From Paraphysomonas bandaiensis (Eukaryota; Protista; Chrysophyceae), in the NCBI GenBank assembly GCA_965644295.1, contig CBFFRP010000435.1, forward strand, positions 1 to 64,000: a stretch of DNA of 64,000 bases, written 5' to 3'. Both the position numbers and the translations under genes were made by a program. Of the stretch, positions 48,601 through 62,769 are shown one piece after another; the first letter of the stretch is position 1; every line of letters begins with the position of its first letter. A model generated the notes under the pieces. That model was not told the DNA's origin. It ran no database searches and saw only the letters and a list, made by a program, of their open reading frames with translations.

Positions 48601-50723
48601 CCATCAGTACAGGTGTGTTTTCGTGTTATTATGCATTGCATTATATTTTTATATATTTTCAAAAAAGGTAGCGTCGAGGTGGATTATGACGATGATTCCA
48701 CTGAAGCTGCGAAGCGTCACGAAAATATTTCTGGTATTTGTTGCAGTGAGTGGTATTTAAGCATATTAAACGTATTTTAAGCAGATGGAATGGATATTTC
48801 AAATTGATGGTGATGAGGAAGTGTGAAGTAATGAGGAGGAAGAGGACGAGAAGGCGGGTGGCGATACAATTGGAAAAGATATGGCATGCATTCTATGCAA
48901 TATTCTATACGCCCTTCCCGAATGATACCGGATCGAGGTACGACGTTGCAGTAAATGGTGTGACATGTCAGTCACTAACACACTGTCTGTCACTCTCAAT
49001 ATATATACACATGTCACTACAGAGGTTTACCTCACCCCCAGGGTAGACACATTAGTCAAGACCCTTCCTTCGGGTTCTCGTACACTTACTACTGGTCTCA
49101 CTAAACTCAGCAAGTACGTTATCACTGGTCTCTCTAGACTCAGCAGGTGAAATATCACCGACACGCTTCACGCTGACCCCACTTGGTACAGCACCCGCAC
49201 CACACTCTGGCAAAAAGTACGAAGGGACTTACTCTTCCTTAAAATCTCATCCGCTGTATAGACTTCTTGGGCGTGCCCCCGAAGCCGGCGTCGATGTAGA
49301 TCCACCCATCTCGTCACACGAGTAATGGGATTTTAGTACCGCCTGCAGTTATTATAGATGGCTTAACACTGAAACAGTCCAGGCCAGCGGGTCACTCATG
49401 ACTCCCGCAACGCTCATCATAGATCGTATTCCTGATCTAGCGGGGAATACTCTCATCAACAGCACTCACCCCCCCCCATACGCATAATATCAACACATCT
49501 GATACTGAACCACCATCGTGTTCACACTCCATGATGCACCCGCTATACTATACATCATTCTGATGATTAGAAAATAACTACTGTTTCATCATCATAATAC
49601 GTTGAGTTACACTCATTAAACAGCAACACATGATATGCTGCCCAGTTCAACACTTGTTTTCATGGGTTTTATGTCTTGAAGACTCCACTTTGTCTAAAAT
49701 GCTAGTTTTAGTCTCTTCCTTCTGTGTACGACTCAAACGATAGCCTCACAGCTTGTTCCTGCTCAAGCACTGCTGCAGAAAGTCACTATTAGAAGGATAT
49801 AATAGAGGTTCAGTCATCATCTCCAAATAGATCTGATTAATAACAGCCAAACGCTACCATGATGGAAATTGGCATAACTGAACAATAATTTCACTTATGC
49901 TTAGATTATAAGTTAGAAATATATAGTAACATAATATAATAAACTTATGATCAATATCACTTGTCAACCGCCAAATTCAAGATGTCTCAACTACAAATCA
50001 AATTCCATGCAATATTAGATATCACGATCTTATACGGTCAATATATTTCAGTTTCACTACTATGATTGCTATCATGACATTTTTTTCTCATTATACAGTT
50101 AGCCTGTAATCTTCCTTTAACAGTCATAGGTCAAATATCTTTGAACATCTTCCCTTGATCTGGTTGAAAATATAGCCCAACAAAAAGTTACATCTTTTTA
50201 TCTCGCACCACGCTCTATGTCTCAGTTGAGACCGTGGCTGGGTTACACTGGCTGGCCCAGGCCTAGTATGGCCTCTTCTCCGCACGCACTGCTGCATTTT
50301 GTATCACACCACCTTACCGACAAACTCTTGTCCAAACATATTGTACACGTTCCAAGCTCCATTAATTGCTTGGTATTGCAATTCCCGTCTTGCTAACTGT
50401 CTCAGTTAAATCATGTGCCTGCACCACTGCAGCGCTTCAACCTACTCTCTACTACCACCCTAGTAGACACCCCCGCTTAGTACACCGATCTCTCCGGTTA
50501 CAGCGATTTATAGCGTTGCTCGCGTGGACAGGTAATCGCAAACTGCCTCCTCGTACATGCTCTGCACCCACTGCATCTTATTGACCCCATTCCATGGTAC
50601 AAATGGACTATCTCTTACACACAAGCCAAGTCAACATGGTTTGCCAGAGGTGCATTTATCAAGCAGAGTCCCCCATCACCCTGCCTACCTATCATCCCTA
50701 CAGTATGCACACCTCATTGGGTG

Positions 50724-50851
50724 ATGTATATGTACTTGTATACCTGTACTGTTGGACACATCACCAAGAAGTACATGTACTTGTATACCTGTACTGTTGG
50801 ATACATCATCATGTACTTGTACTTGTGTACCTGTACTGTTGGACACATCAC
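50724..50851. repeat. Minisatellite, about three units, inverse of 29426-29502
   Basis: TGTACTTGTATACCTGTACTGTTGGA.ACATCA repeated. Confidence 0.8.
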
Positions 50852-51039
50852 CGGCTCTCTCTCTCTGTCCAACACGACACTCATAACACCGCTGCTCTTT
50901 CATACACACGCTACATCCTCCTCGAAAACCTCCAGACAAACCATCTCCCCTCCCTTCGTCTCTGATACCTTGCCGTCATCTCTCTTCCACACACACTCTA
51001 TGCCTCAGCCTGTACCCCCATGCACTAACGTACACACTA

Positions 51040-51420
51040 ACATGGGCAGCTGAGGACATCCGAGTCTCTCCTCCAGACCATCATGATCATCTCGTGCATA
51101 GGTCTATCAGAGTACTCGACCTTGGTAGACCTAGTTATATTACACAGTCTCACACTCCTCAATCAGATAGTGTGCCTCTTCTTGGATCATCACACTCCCT
51201 CTCGACTCCCTGTTGCTGGACACACCGGATAACACTCATAAATCTCCCTTCACAGCGCCACATTCCACCTCTCCACCCACCTCTCAGACCACACGCCTAA
51301 CACTAGGTACACTCAGAACCTTACTACAGAACCCTGTACCTCTACACAGCCCGGTGGAATCTCATATCAAGGGGAGGCCCCCTGATCACATCCGCCAGTG
51401 AGTCCTAGGACACACGATCA
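51040..51420 (+). mobile_element. LINE 3' fragment
   Basis: CCACCCACCTCTCAGACCACACGCCTAACA...CAGAACCCTGTACCTC is shared with 63886-63971. Confidence 0.6.
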
Positions 51421-51941
51421 CGGCGAACCTCACAATCAACATTAAGAACGGAAGTGGTCGCACCTTGGAGATTGCGGCGACGCGCAAGCAGCTTCTGTAG
51501 TGCTAAATAGTAGGATAATAGAGTCTGTGCTGATTAGTTATGGGTAGAGGTCTAAATAGGATGACTAGTATTCAACTAGCCACTACATTGGCACGAGTTT
51601 TTAACGCCTATTGCTAAATAATAAGACTTTCAATATATATATCTTTGAACTACAGCGTTCAATTGCTCTCAAATAGCAGAACTCAACACGCAGCCCTGAA
51701 AAAACCACACTTTGGGCCATTTTTAAAAACAATTTAATGTTATGCCAGCTTGTTGGTAAGTGTCACATAGAACAAGAAGTGGCCAAAAGTTAAGTGAGTG
51801 GTATTGTTACATTGACACCTATGCACAAATATTCCAAAACGAACAATAGCAGCATATTCAAATAATGCGTTTATAGAACCAATACAGTATAGCAGAAGTA
51901 AAAATCAAGAGAACTGTTACGTCTGGGATGAATGATCAAAG

Positions 51942-54153
51942 CTATAAAAACAGTTTTTGAGTGCCGCTTGGATCAAGCAAAATGTCCTCGACGTCAATTA
52001 GAACAAAATAGGGGTATTGCTTTTTGTACTTTTCTATGTACTCCTCGATACATCTTAAGTGTCTTAGTAATGTGAGCATACAAGTCTGATCTGGATCGGA
52101 CTTCATGCATTCCAAGCGATACTAAAAAAATACTTAACCAGCAACGAATAGTTTGGTATCACTAACCTTTATCCTCGGATATGCTGATATTCTTGTCATC
52201 GTATTGCGTGTATTTTGACGTTTTGTAGGGCGCCGAGAGTCATCGTTGCCATCCAGTAGCTTTGATAACTGTGACGCTGCATCTGAAGATGTGTACTGAC
52301 TATCCGGGTTAGATGGTTGGGGAGACTTGACCTTCTCTGGTTGATTAGGACTGAAGTAATACTGATGCAGCATCCATAAGTTTGATGCATCGAAAGGGAG
52401 CTTAGCGATCTCTTGGAGAACAGGCTGTATACATACATTATATCGAGCACATATGACGTTGGAAATTATCACCTCAAAGAGAATTTCTAACTTCTTCATA
52501 AGAATTTGTGATTGACTGGATTGTGGAAGAGAGGTTTCAGCGTTGAACGTCACACTGGTAGCGTCAGAAGGGTCATAACAAGGTGGTAATAAGTTTGAGG
52601 AGCGACCGTTGCCCTCCTTGTCGTCCGAGTGCGCTCGTTTTGTGTGAATCTGAATCTCATTCGCGAGCTCGGTAAGGTCATCTGTACTATGTGACGCCAA
52701 AGATGAACCCAGTCCTGCACTACGTATCATTCTTTTGTGAGGAGGTAAGGTATGTGGACGGGAAGCAGGAGGAGGGGAGAGTTTTACCGTGTCCATTCGC
52801 TCTGTGTCAGCGTAGGATGCCCACATATCGCGTACATAACTCAGCACCTGAGTGTTCGTGTAGTCCGCTAAAGCAGGCGGGGAGCCCAACTCTGTCATAA
52901 GCACGCCTAACTGAACTCCTGTGAGCACATTCAAGCAGCAGTCCTTACAGGTGGCAATACTGGTGGCAATATGTCTCACACCAGTGTGTCCAATATTCAT
53001 GTGATCTAGATACATCTCACGCAGAGGGCTACCGCCCCGATGCCCAATGATCCCAGCGAGAACCTTCGCTCCATCTGTGTTCAAGCTGTTCCCCCCCAAA
53101 GCAATCAAAACTAGGCGAGATATGCCTCTGCTTACCATGCTCGATATGGCACTCACTATAGCTAGAGTAGCCATTGCGCTGAATTCATTAAACCCAATCT
53201 GCAGTTCTTCCAGCCCCATACTAGGGAGCATATCAGCTAGCGCCCTGGCTGACCGATCACCCAATCTGTTTTTGGTTAAGTTCAGGGATGTCATAGCTTT
53301 ATATCCATGCAGTGACTTTGTCAATGCAACACACCCTTCATCCGTTAAGCTATTGAAAGACAAGTTCAGCACCTGTAAATACATGTCGTTAGCCATACTT
53401 CGTTTATCACACTGCGCGAATGTTCTACCTCAATGCGCGTATACAATGAAAGCGTTTGGGCAATAGCGTGAGCACCAGCATCATCCAGCTCGTTGTTATT
53501 CTGAAACAACACTAAAAGACGTAGAACAAAATATTAAATATTCGCACCAAATTCAGGTATGTAAGGACGCTATCGCGAGAAAAGCATTTCGGCATGAACG
53601 AAATGTTTCCCTGTCCAAGCCGGCATGATCCAAGGTCCAACGATACCAGCCATTTGAAAGAGTTCAGGGCCAAATAGATGTCAGCAGCGCCTTCAACTCC
53701 GATAGAGTTGCCTGCCAGAGAGAGGTGATTGATCACATGATTTCGCCTTAACAACCCAGCAACGAATCCACAGCCAGTTCTCGTGATATTATTACCAGGT
53801 AAGTGGAGAGTCGTCAGGTATTCATGGTTACACAACTTTGAGCACACAGCCCCAATGCCATCGTCTCCAATACCATTAAATCCAAGGTCCAGAAGTGAGA
53901 CATATCGAGTATTGGGCAAATACTCTGCTAGTAAGTTTGCTCCTGCATCTCCTAAGCAATTAAACCCAAGCCTAAGCTCCGATATGTATTGAAAAGTATT
54001 TCTATATTTCAACATTGTTCGCAGAGCTGTAACATCGAGACCCTTATTCGTAAGGTTGACAGAAGACTGCCCCATTTCAAGACGAACTGTCCTGATATGA
54101 TCAACTTCCATTGTTAACGTAGTTGCCATCATACAGTTAATCATATTAACCAC
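51942..54153 (-). CDS. Multi-exon leucine-rich-repeat protein (RI/NLRC3-like LRRs)
   Basis: Repeated LxLxxNxLGDxG units. GT-AG introns link ORFs 53512-54153 and 52134-53396 and a last exon ending at 51942. The start is uncertain. Confidence 0.85.
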
Positions 54154-54570
54154 TCATGAGATATAACTCGTCCCTTATTAACGATGCCCATACCTATGCC
54201 TCCTCAGTATACTCATTGCATTGCGTGTTACTTCCAGCCTAGAGAGCTGGAACAAAAGAAATCCTGTTTGTACTGTCTCTCTCAAGCGGGGAACTCACAA
54301 ACATTTCGTGTCGATTGTGTGTATGTTGATGTCGTACTTGGTCAGGTACAGTACAAAACTTTCGTTCCATCGTGCCCTTGCTCCCTTCTGACTGTATTCG
54401 CGGTCTGTATTCCCTGATGAATACGGTATTTTGTACAGCGAGGTATATTGGGAGAACACCAGGATTAGTTATACATACTGTACTGCTGTATATATGGAAT
54501 GTATTGTATTGCTTATGTGAATTATACTCCTACTGCTATGAGATACACGTATGAATTGTTGATCTTTTAA

Positions 54571-55810
54571 CATCAGTAAAGCATTGATATCAGCACTTCC
54601 GTAGACGTATTTTGACGGAATTGTGTGTATGGATCATAAACAGGGCGAGTTGTTCCTCCCTATGATCTCAGAGACAACAATACAACACAATAAAGAGGTC
54701 CGGTACATGATGGTAGAATAAGGCGAATACAGAGCTTAAACTACCACAGCTCCCAGTATGGCTATGTATAATATATATATGGGTTAGTGAATATACGCAC
54801 TATATGAATGTATATATATATATATGTATTTGTTCCATTAGATGCCACATAGGATTAACATCAGTCTGTATAGACAGGACGATGAATAGGACTGAGGTGT
54901 CATATTAATAGATTACAAGTATGATACTTATGCTGTGGATGTACTGTGGAGAGTAATTTATCGAAGAAGTCACCCCACTCGAAGTCATCCACAAAACACA
55001 TGGAATGTATGTATCATTGAATTGTATGATGAGCATATATAGTTTGATACCAGAGTCTCTGGCCCTGGCTCATCTAAACCAAACGGTGTGCTCACAGCTC
55101 TGATTTGATCTTCATGAACTGTGTCACGAGAAGGATTGTATCCTTCTAACAATATCCCAATGACTCTACCAACAAGATAGGTCCTAGCAGAGCCCTGCCC
55201 TCAACGTTAGGTACCTTCATAATAATAATATCGTATATATAATGACATGTAACTATACAGTATATACCACTACTGGCCATAAGCTACATGCAACTTCCAA
55301 CATAAAGAAATTGCATCTTATTATCAATAATTAGTGTATACTACCTACGATTCCCAGGCCAAAGGAAGGCCCAAAGGACAAAGAAATGTCCTTCATCCAT
55401 AAGCAAGCATATTCAGTAGAGAGCTCATTGTATGAAATAACTCGATAGTCGATAGTTGATTATTAAAATAGCTTGTTTGATTAATCCTATATCTTAAGCA
55501 TTATATAATGTATATCACCAGTTAATTAATGTATGTATAATATATATGTATGTCTACTGTCTACATGCATGTGAATATTTTGCGTCACTAACTTATAGGC
55601 TGTGATACAAATAATATCACGACTCAGCACTGGGGACTACTCACATATATCCCGCCCCATGAATTCCAAAAAGTGGTGCGTATTAGTTGTGGCATGATGT
55701 ACGTATTATAATACTATGTATTACGTACTATACCACTTATATGTTGGGAAATCTCTATTACCTCATGTGTAATATAGGCACTAGTGGCGTGTTAGTATAT
55801 TTGTTTTTTT
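54571..55810. repeat. Second copy of the 43277-44340 repeat, with an insert partly similar to 7400-7620
   Basis: Colinear similarity. AAGAAATTGCATCTTATTATCAATAATTA is shared with 7454. Confidence 0.75.
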
Positions 55811-55824
55811 GCTTCGCTTCATAT

Positions 55825-56375
55825 TGGAGATCGCTTCACCACCTCCCTGCTGAATGAATAGGCGCGCATTTTCCCTCCAGTGTTCTTTTCCGGCTTGCTT
55901 GAATGATTTGGCCTCAAGCTTGTTTGGCGGTGGATCCCTGAAGTCCTCTTCCTTTGTTGACCTTTCCAGTGCTACCTCACTCCGTTCCTTTCGCATAAGG
56001 AACGTCTCAAAATCCTCTATCCATTGTTCCACATTGTTCTCGTCGAACCATGACACATTGGCTCTATCCTCCTTCTCTCCTCCGCATCCGCTACCATATT
56101 GACTTTTGAACATTTTACTTGTTTAAGTCGTTAACGGAAAGGTATGTCGTTAGACAAGATGGAGTATTATTGCATAGGCCATTATGCATTGTCATGTAAA
56201 ACATATCAAGAACATAATTTATACTTCTTTCATGTCAACCTCTGATAAGCTTCTGTTTTTTGAATCGTCATGATACTTATAGCTATATAAGTAAATTTGA
56301 CTACGTATTACGGTTCTATATAACGTATTCTACAGTTCTATCTTAGGGAAATCATACTTTTTCCGTATTCTAACA
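55825..56375 (-). mobile_element. 5' remnant (LTR, PBS, gag start) of a copia element related to 15584-21078
   Basis: LTR 56375-56097 starts TGTTAGAATACGGA, PBS is TGGTAGCGG, and NVEQWIEDFETFLMRKE is identical to ORF 15861. Confidence 0.85.
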
Positions 56376-56707
56376 GATATCCCCAAGTCGCGTCAGATTT
56401 GATAGTATTGACCAGTAGTAGTGACGATGAAATAGATTTAGAATAAAGTATGAGTGGTATTTATTATTTTAAGAAATTGAGTGTGTGTCTAGTATAAATG
56501 TTAAGTTATGTTCAGTAACCGTACAAACTTTTGATTTCATTAGAACTCTACATCTTAGTGCCCCATTTTAGCGCATTCGTATAAATATTCCATATGGTCA
56601 CAACTTTATGATTAAAGATAACTCATGGTGTGTATTTAACAATGCTATATCAATATATATCCCATGGGATATTCATATGTAAAATTGACACAAGTGAGTG
56701 AAAATTA

Positions 56708-57547
56708 TTATTGCAAACCGACACCGCTTTTATCCCGTAAAGTGGCCATAATAGTTCTCCAGCAGCCTGAGCGGCTACAAAGGAGGTATAAGCCACTTTC
56801 CATTGCACATTTTATATGGAAATACATTTCCATCACCGCAGAATAATTAGTCCACAAGCAAGCAGTAGCTACATCTGAAGATATGTTCAGGTAAGACCAA
56901 TACAGCTTCGCGCTGAAATACATATCTACTGCCCGCAAAAATTCCAGAATAATATCGCCAGAACCTGTAGGACCGGAATAATGAGTGTAAACATAGCCGT
57001 GTCGCTGTAATAGACTGCCTTTATACCGCAATAATATATAGAGCCCTAACATATGAAAATGATCCAGAGATAAGTATGGAGATGCTGCCACTACATCGCT
57101 CAATACTAATTCCATGAAGCACTTCATAAAAGTACCGTTATTACATAGGTCTTTTCTATCAGCGCAGTGGCACAGGTGGCAATAGAGCTCTAAGCACATT
57201 CCGAATACTCTCTTATTCTCCGATTCCTCTGCCGACACTTGTCTATCTAAAGTTGGAAGCACACCACACCAACTCAAAAATTCGGAATTCGAGCCGGTAG
57301 ACCAAACTCGCTTCAACCATAGCAAAAATGTAATCTCCTGACTATTGTCAGTTAATGAAGGACTGGGGGTCAATAAGTACACAGCATAATCTGCGTTCAG
57401 AATAATAACAAGTTTAGAGTTGTCTCCATGCACAGTGGAACGGCGTAATATGTGTAAATATTGCCCCCCATTAATATAGCTGACGGAGAAGCGACTACCG
57501 CCATCTGCACTGTTAGTCCCCGTATCATCCATATCTGAGTTACACAT
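56708..57547 (-). CDS. Hypothetical protein, 279 aa
   Basis: Long ATG-started ORF in non-repetitive DNA. No motif recognised. Confidence 0.45.
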   Translation of the reverse strand: MCNSDMDDTGTNSADGGSRFSVSYINGGQYLHILRRSTVHGDNSKLVIILNADYAVYLLTPSPSLTDNSQEITFLLWLKRVWSTGSNSEFLSWCGVLPTLDRQVSAEESENKRVFGMCLELYCHLCHCADRKDLCNNGTFMKCFMELVLSDVVAASPYLSLDHFHMLGLYILLRYKGSLLQRHGYVYTHYSGPTGSGDIILEFLRAVDMYFSAKLYWSYLNISSDVATACLWTNYSAVMEMYFHIKCAMESGLYLLCSRSGCWRTIMATLRDKSGVGLQ

Positions 57548-58159
57548 TCCACTTAACGATTGAGATAAAAAACTCTTTTACTAATTCTGCGTACATGCCG
57601 CGGAATTCGTCATAAATTTCCAATTGGCTTGCAAGTGAATGATAATGAATGGCAAGTACCACACTTTATTACAGTTTACAGAAATGACAGATTATGATGC
57701 TGATCCAAGAATTCATCTGTGCTTGTGTGTACAGCCAGTGTAGTGTATATGTTTCAAAACTGTAGGCAGCAGAAAAAACTGGGAATTTCTAGCTAGCTAG
57801 GCCATGGTGTTTCAGTAACATTTCAGTAAACATGGGAAAAAGGTAGGATTTTTCCAGTTTTTTTGGTAGTTTTTTTTGTTAAGAATGACTGTGAGGAATG
57901 CCCTTATTGCCTCTATATCCATGGATATCTAGATATTATTATGATTATGAACCATTTTGACTCTTTTGGATCCTACTATGAACCATTATCTGAAACGAAT
58001 TTCGAAGATTTATGAACTCAATCATTATTTCCTCAAATGAAGTACTGACAGCATGTGTATTCGTATATACGGTCATATGATTTACACTAACTTGAATATG
58101 TTTGACACACTGGCCCCTTCAGATCCCACTTTCTTTTCATATTTATAGAGATAGGTGAC

Positions 58160-59372
58160 ATGAACCCTCATGGTGGCCTCCCACCATTAGGAGCACGATG
58201 CAAACGACCCGCCCTCTCCACAATTAATATAATTGAATCAGTAATGAAAGCAACTAATTCTGGAAGTATGCCTGTATCAATACCTGAAAAAAGGGTTGTG
58301 AGTAGGTTGTTGGGGGCACTCCCGTCAATAGATCATCTTACTTGAAGCATCCCTCCCCGACATCAATATTCCACCAAGCTGGAAGGTCCACTAACTTGAG
58401 GAACGTATGACAGCCCTGAAGCCCGCGATATTGGCAAAAAGAAGTGGAGCGAAGTCCTGGAGCAGTTCGGAGTTCCATTTTCTACTCTGACCAGGGATTT
58501 AAGCCTTCTTCGGGATGCCTCGATATGGAATCTATATTGGTTTTGAATGCCTTTGTGGCAGACGAGTCTAATCACTTCTGTTGGCCAGTATCATCGACGA
58601 GTTGCAGTTTCCTCTCTCCGGACCACCTCCCCTCCTTGCAGGGAATTGATGGCAGTGACGTTCGACCTCCATTGACCATGCTGGTTGTGGGTATAATCGA
58701 AGAAGCGACATATGAGAATTTGCAGTGCAACACTACCACCAATATGCGGATGCTGTCTGTGCGGCGAACGGGGGGGGGGTCGCTACGAGTCAGTCTGAAC
58801 GTCTCAGGAAGGCCAAATGTGGGGAGAACTTACTAAAGGAAAACTTCTTAACACCGAAGGATTATGATTGGGCGGAGAACACCAGGTCAACAATTAGCAA
58901 GACTTCTGAGATGAGATTCAGGCGTGCGGAGGCCGCAGATCCGACACAGCAGAGCACTATGGCCTCCTGCATCCACTCAGGCACTCTCCCCAAGGGTACG
59001 ACAGATGGAGAGGATGCTGAAGACTTGGATGAGATCGGCTTCGATCTCTGGGGAAGGGCTTTCAAAACCTTCAGCCTATGAAAGGAGACTGTAAATGAGA
59101 AGGCTAAGAATACCCTCATGAATCAGCAGGTGGTATACAATTGCGTCATAAAATCTATCCACGAAATTTCCACCTTCAATTTGAGATATGAAGCGGTCAA
59201 TATCCTCAAGGCATTGATAGCCGTACTCCCCAGGTCATCTAAATCAATCAGCGCCCTAATCAAGCCGGGAACTGAAGCCTACATGTTTGCCTTATTGGAG
59301 TCGCCGATGAAGGTACGGTTAGCAAGTCTGAATTTAGTGGATGGAGATCTTGTATGTGACACCATGGTGTGA
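58160..59372 (+). pseudogene. Degenerate, internally deleted copy of the pogo-like transposase
   Basis: LPPLG, ENFL and DLDEIGFDLWGRAFKTFSL match NWDEIGFDPWGHAFPTFKL and neighbouring segments of 10729-13261. Confidence 0.75.
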
Positions 59373-59962
59373 GAAATTTGTGTATGATTTATTTTATCTT
59401 TGCGATTAGCTTTAATTTTTATATGATTAACTAACTTGAGTGGTTTATCTTTTCGATTATTTCCGTTAATATTATTATGATTAACTGAGAGTAAACACTT
59501 TTAATTATCAAGTCTTCATTAGTGCATATTAAGAATGCCAGCCAGGTAGTTACTAGTGGGTAGTTGAGTAGGGCCTCAGTGTCCGACTATATCCCATATC
59601 CTACATATAATACAAATACGACTGTAACGGGGCTCTACTGTGTCACCAAACGACCTATGAAATGCTGGAAGGTTTACCTAGTAGGTCTATCAGCATTTAC
59701 ATTACTCCTAACGTTACTAGAAAACCTCGGCACGATTGTGGGTCCCTTGCTATATTCGGGTCTATGGTTTGTTAGATTTGGATTATCACATGAATATAAC
59801 TTCGGTATTGGCGCCATGGAGTAAAATTGACTTTTGATTAATTCAAAACAATGGTACTAGCTCTATTCTAACACATATAAGTGAGTATAGAGTCACACTT
59901 CAGATGTGACACTCATGAATCACAAACACGACGAATCACATAAAATCTACAATATCTATATA

Positions 59963-60875
59963 AAGTCGATGTGATGCCCAAACCTGGTAAAGCGGTCGAA
60001 ACCTGGTGAAATTTTGAAAATGTTGATTTAAGTTGAAGTTTTGTTGCGTTTTGCAATTAATAATGTAGTAGTTGTAAAGAGAACATCATGTTTTTAGAGA
60101 CATTTAATAAATTTTATATTAGTTACAGGTCAAAAAAGTGAGAATGCAACGGTTACATTATACATAATAGTGCTATCTATACTTACAAACGATAATCAAC
60201 TGAACTTCTGGTACGTTTACCAGTAATAATAGAAGTAGAATCAACTGTACCTGTATGTACCCATTCCTTAGTAGGTTCCTCAATATAACTCCACCTCGGT
60301 ATGCTGTCTCTTTTACTGGAGGGGGTATTATGAGGCTTATCCTGGTGGGCTATATCCAATATCAGGAACATATTACACAAACAAGCATATATATAAAGTA
60401 TACCAGATGCAAGCGAGAAGTATTTGGAGCGCACTGCCTTATCCTCCCTGATGGCCCCACATCTCTTCCTGCTTTTGTAAACAAGATGATAGGTGCCATC
60501 ATCATTGACAGCGTGGACAGTACCACGCATTCTAGTGACAGTAATAATTTCGTCACCAGGAGTATACATGATAGAGGGGCTACCATCATCAGACGATGAC
60601 TCCACCTCTTGTTCTGATTGTATAGAAATAAACAAGGCATTATAGTATATATATAATATTATACAACACAACATACCAGATTGATTACTATTGTCTGAGT
60701 CATTGGTAACTATATCACCACAATCCCAACCCTCTTCCCTCCTCCTGGCATCAAGCCTCGCCTTCTTATCCCGTGCTGCCTTCTTTTCAACACTAAGTTT
60801 CTCCTTTCGTGCTTGACGCTGCTCATCTCGTCCAGGATACACGCTGTTCAGGCATCCGATGGGTACGTCAACCAC
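59963..60875 (-). mobile_element. 3' end of a third HTHEDID-family element (TIR-like end plus C-terminal exons)
   Basis: AAGTCGATG...AAACCTGGT resembles the TIR at 2908. The ORF ends in GKRTR and has a Tudor-like GTVHAVNDDGTYHLVY segment. Confidence 0.55.
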
Positions 60876-61339
60876 AGTTCCGTCCGCTTATAGACGTAGA
60901 ATGAATTACAAGGATCAGTGCACACAGGCGTGTCAAGCAGTATAATATTACTCTAACTGTCATAAAACATGTCTGCACTATTTTATATGTGTTGAGATAT
61001 ATATAGTAATAATGTGTATAACTCTGTCAACTCTGTGTTTTGAAAGCGGTTCATAATAGGGGGCATATTGTTTTGAACGACTGAAAATCGCCTTAAGGTG
61101 TTCACTTTGGCTAACTATAACATTGGAACCAAATTATGAGTGAAGCTGACCAAATAATATGAAATTAAGTTGAGAGAAAGTCCGATCTAATGATATACTC
61201 AGATAGGAAAGTCATATTTATAAGGTTGACTATTTGAGTGATAAAAATGGCCAAAAAACGGTTCATAATAGAGCCCCCTCTTTTTATATATCAATCGTAC
61301 ACGGGGTTACGAATAGAACATGGTGTGGAGTCCACCTGC

Positions 61340-62560
61340 CACAAATTATTGCTGGAGAGCTGCTGTAGTACAGTGGTGGTCCATTGGGGTAGTACCGGAT
61401 TTCTCAGTTCTTCTTGAAGCGCGTTTTTGAGGCTGTGAAATGCAGACTCCCTTCTTATCTGCGTTATGGCATCATTTGTACAGTATAGACACATGTGCTT
61501 GAGTGAGTCTAGTCGAAATCTGCAGTCAGAACATGCGGCTTTAGCCAGGTCGAGTCCGTGTTTGGTTTTAGCCCCGGTTTCTTCCTATGCTGAAAGATTT
61601 GTCCCATGTCAATGCTGCATTGAGTACTCGCTGGAGCAGGTGGGAACTAACTTTATCCTTTGATGGACCACATCTGCTTGCGCCAGTTTGCGCGGAAGTA
61701 GTGCCCGGTCGGGATTGTGACCGTAGCGTTTTGGTCTCTGAGGGCAGTGTAGGCCTCCAGCGTCCGTTGACTGCGGAGGGATTATTGGAAGTCCGTGAGC
61801 AGGGGGGGCTCGTGCGATGCGGCCGTCGTTCCCCGGTTAGGCGTCAGTGTCATAAACCCTCGGTGAGTATTCGCTCAATGGCTTGGTTCACTTCTATGTT
61901 ACAGACATACAGTGTAATTTTGTCGTCCCAGTAGTCTATCAACCTCAAGCCAGTCCTCTCCTGCTACTGCGTCTGCAAAGTAAATGCCTTTGTCTTCATA
62001 TATGTCCATTCATCAGAGGTACGTCTCCATGCTACGTTCCTTGTACAATCGTTATTTGCTGCAATGCTTTCGAGCAGTACACCTTTGGCACGATGTCCCA
62101 GTGCCCGACGTCTAGTAGAAAGTGTTTCGTGTGTGCGTATGCAGACAGCCTTACAGTCCGTGTTTATCGGTATGTTGTGTGCAGGGAGCCGCGCAGATAG
62201 TATAAGCGCCATTGCAGCCCCCATGAGTTCGTATGCATACGGGCCAAGTCCAGGAACGTCGCTGAAGGGTGTCTCTAATCGCAGTATTTTTGTGGTACCG
62301 GCCTTCCATTCATCCTCCAGGGGGAGCCAGTCGGCCGCCGCTCCTCCATGATGTGTCCATCGTGTGCGTGGGTGTACATACGTGATGCGGCGTGGGGAGA
62401 GGGCTGCAGGCGTGTATGATCCGTCTGTGAAGATTGCTTGATAGGTATCAGAGTCTACATCATCCAGTCCTCTAATGTGCGTATATAATGTTGGTCAGGG
62501 TGTGCGTATCTTGAGGTTCCGGAATGTCGGGTTGTTGGAGTGTGAGGCCGACCTCAGTAC
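61340..62560 (-). mobile_element. Degenerate RNase H LINE fragment
   Basis: AYELMGAAMAL...INTDCKAV...RRRALGH is homologous to 1369-1671. Confidence 0.75.
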
Positions 62561-62769
62561 CCCATTCCCGTAGGCTTAAGGCAAAGTGGTGGTAGTTTGG
62601 TTCTCATGTAATAATCAGACTTTCCTATATGGTAGTTTGGGTGCGGAGCGATTGTCTGTATTATAGGAGAAAGTGCGCTGCGTCACCTGCATCCCCACCT
62701 ATAATAAAAAGCCTGTACAAGGAAAGTAGCATGGGTACGATCACACCCTGAACGACGTACCACTGATGA

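Noticed and set aside
50724-50851. Possible CRISPR array
   Set aside because: Units are directly tandem with no unique spacers, there are no cas genes, and the context is eukaryotic.
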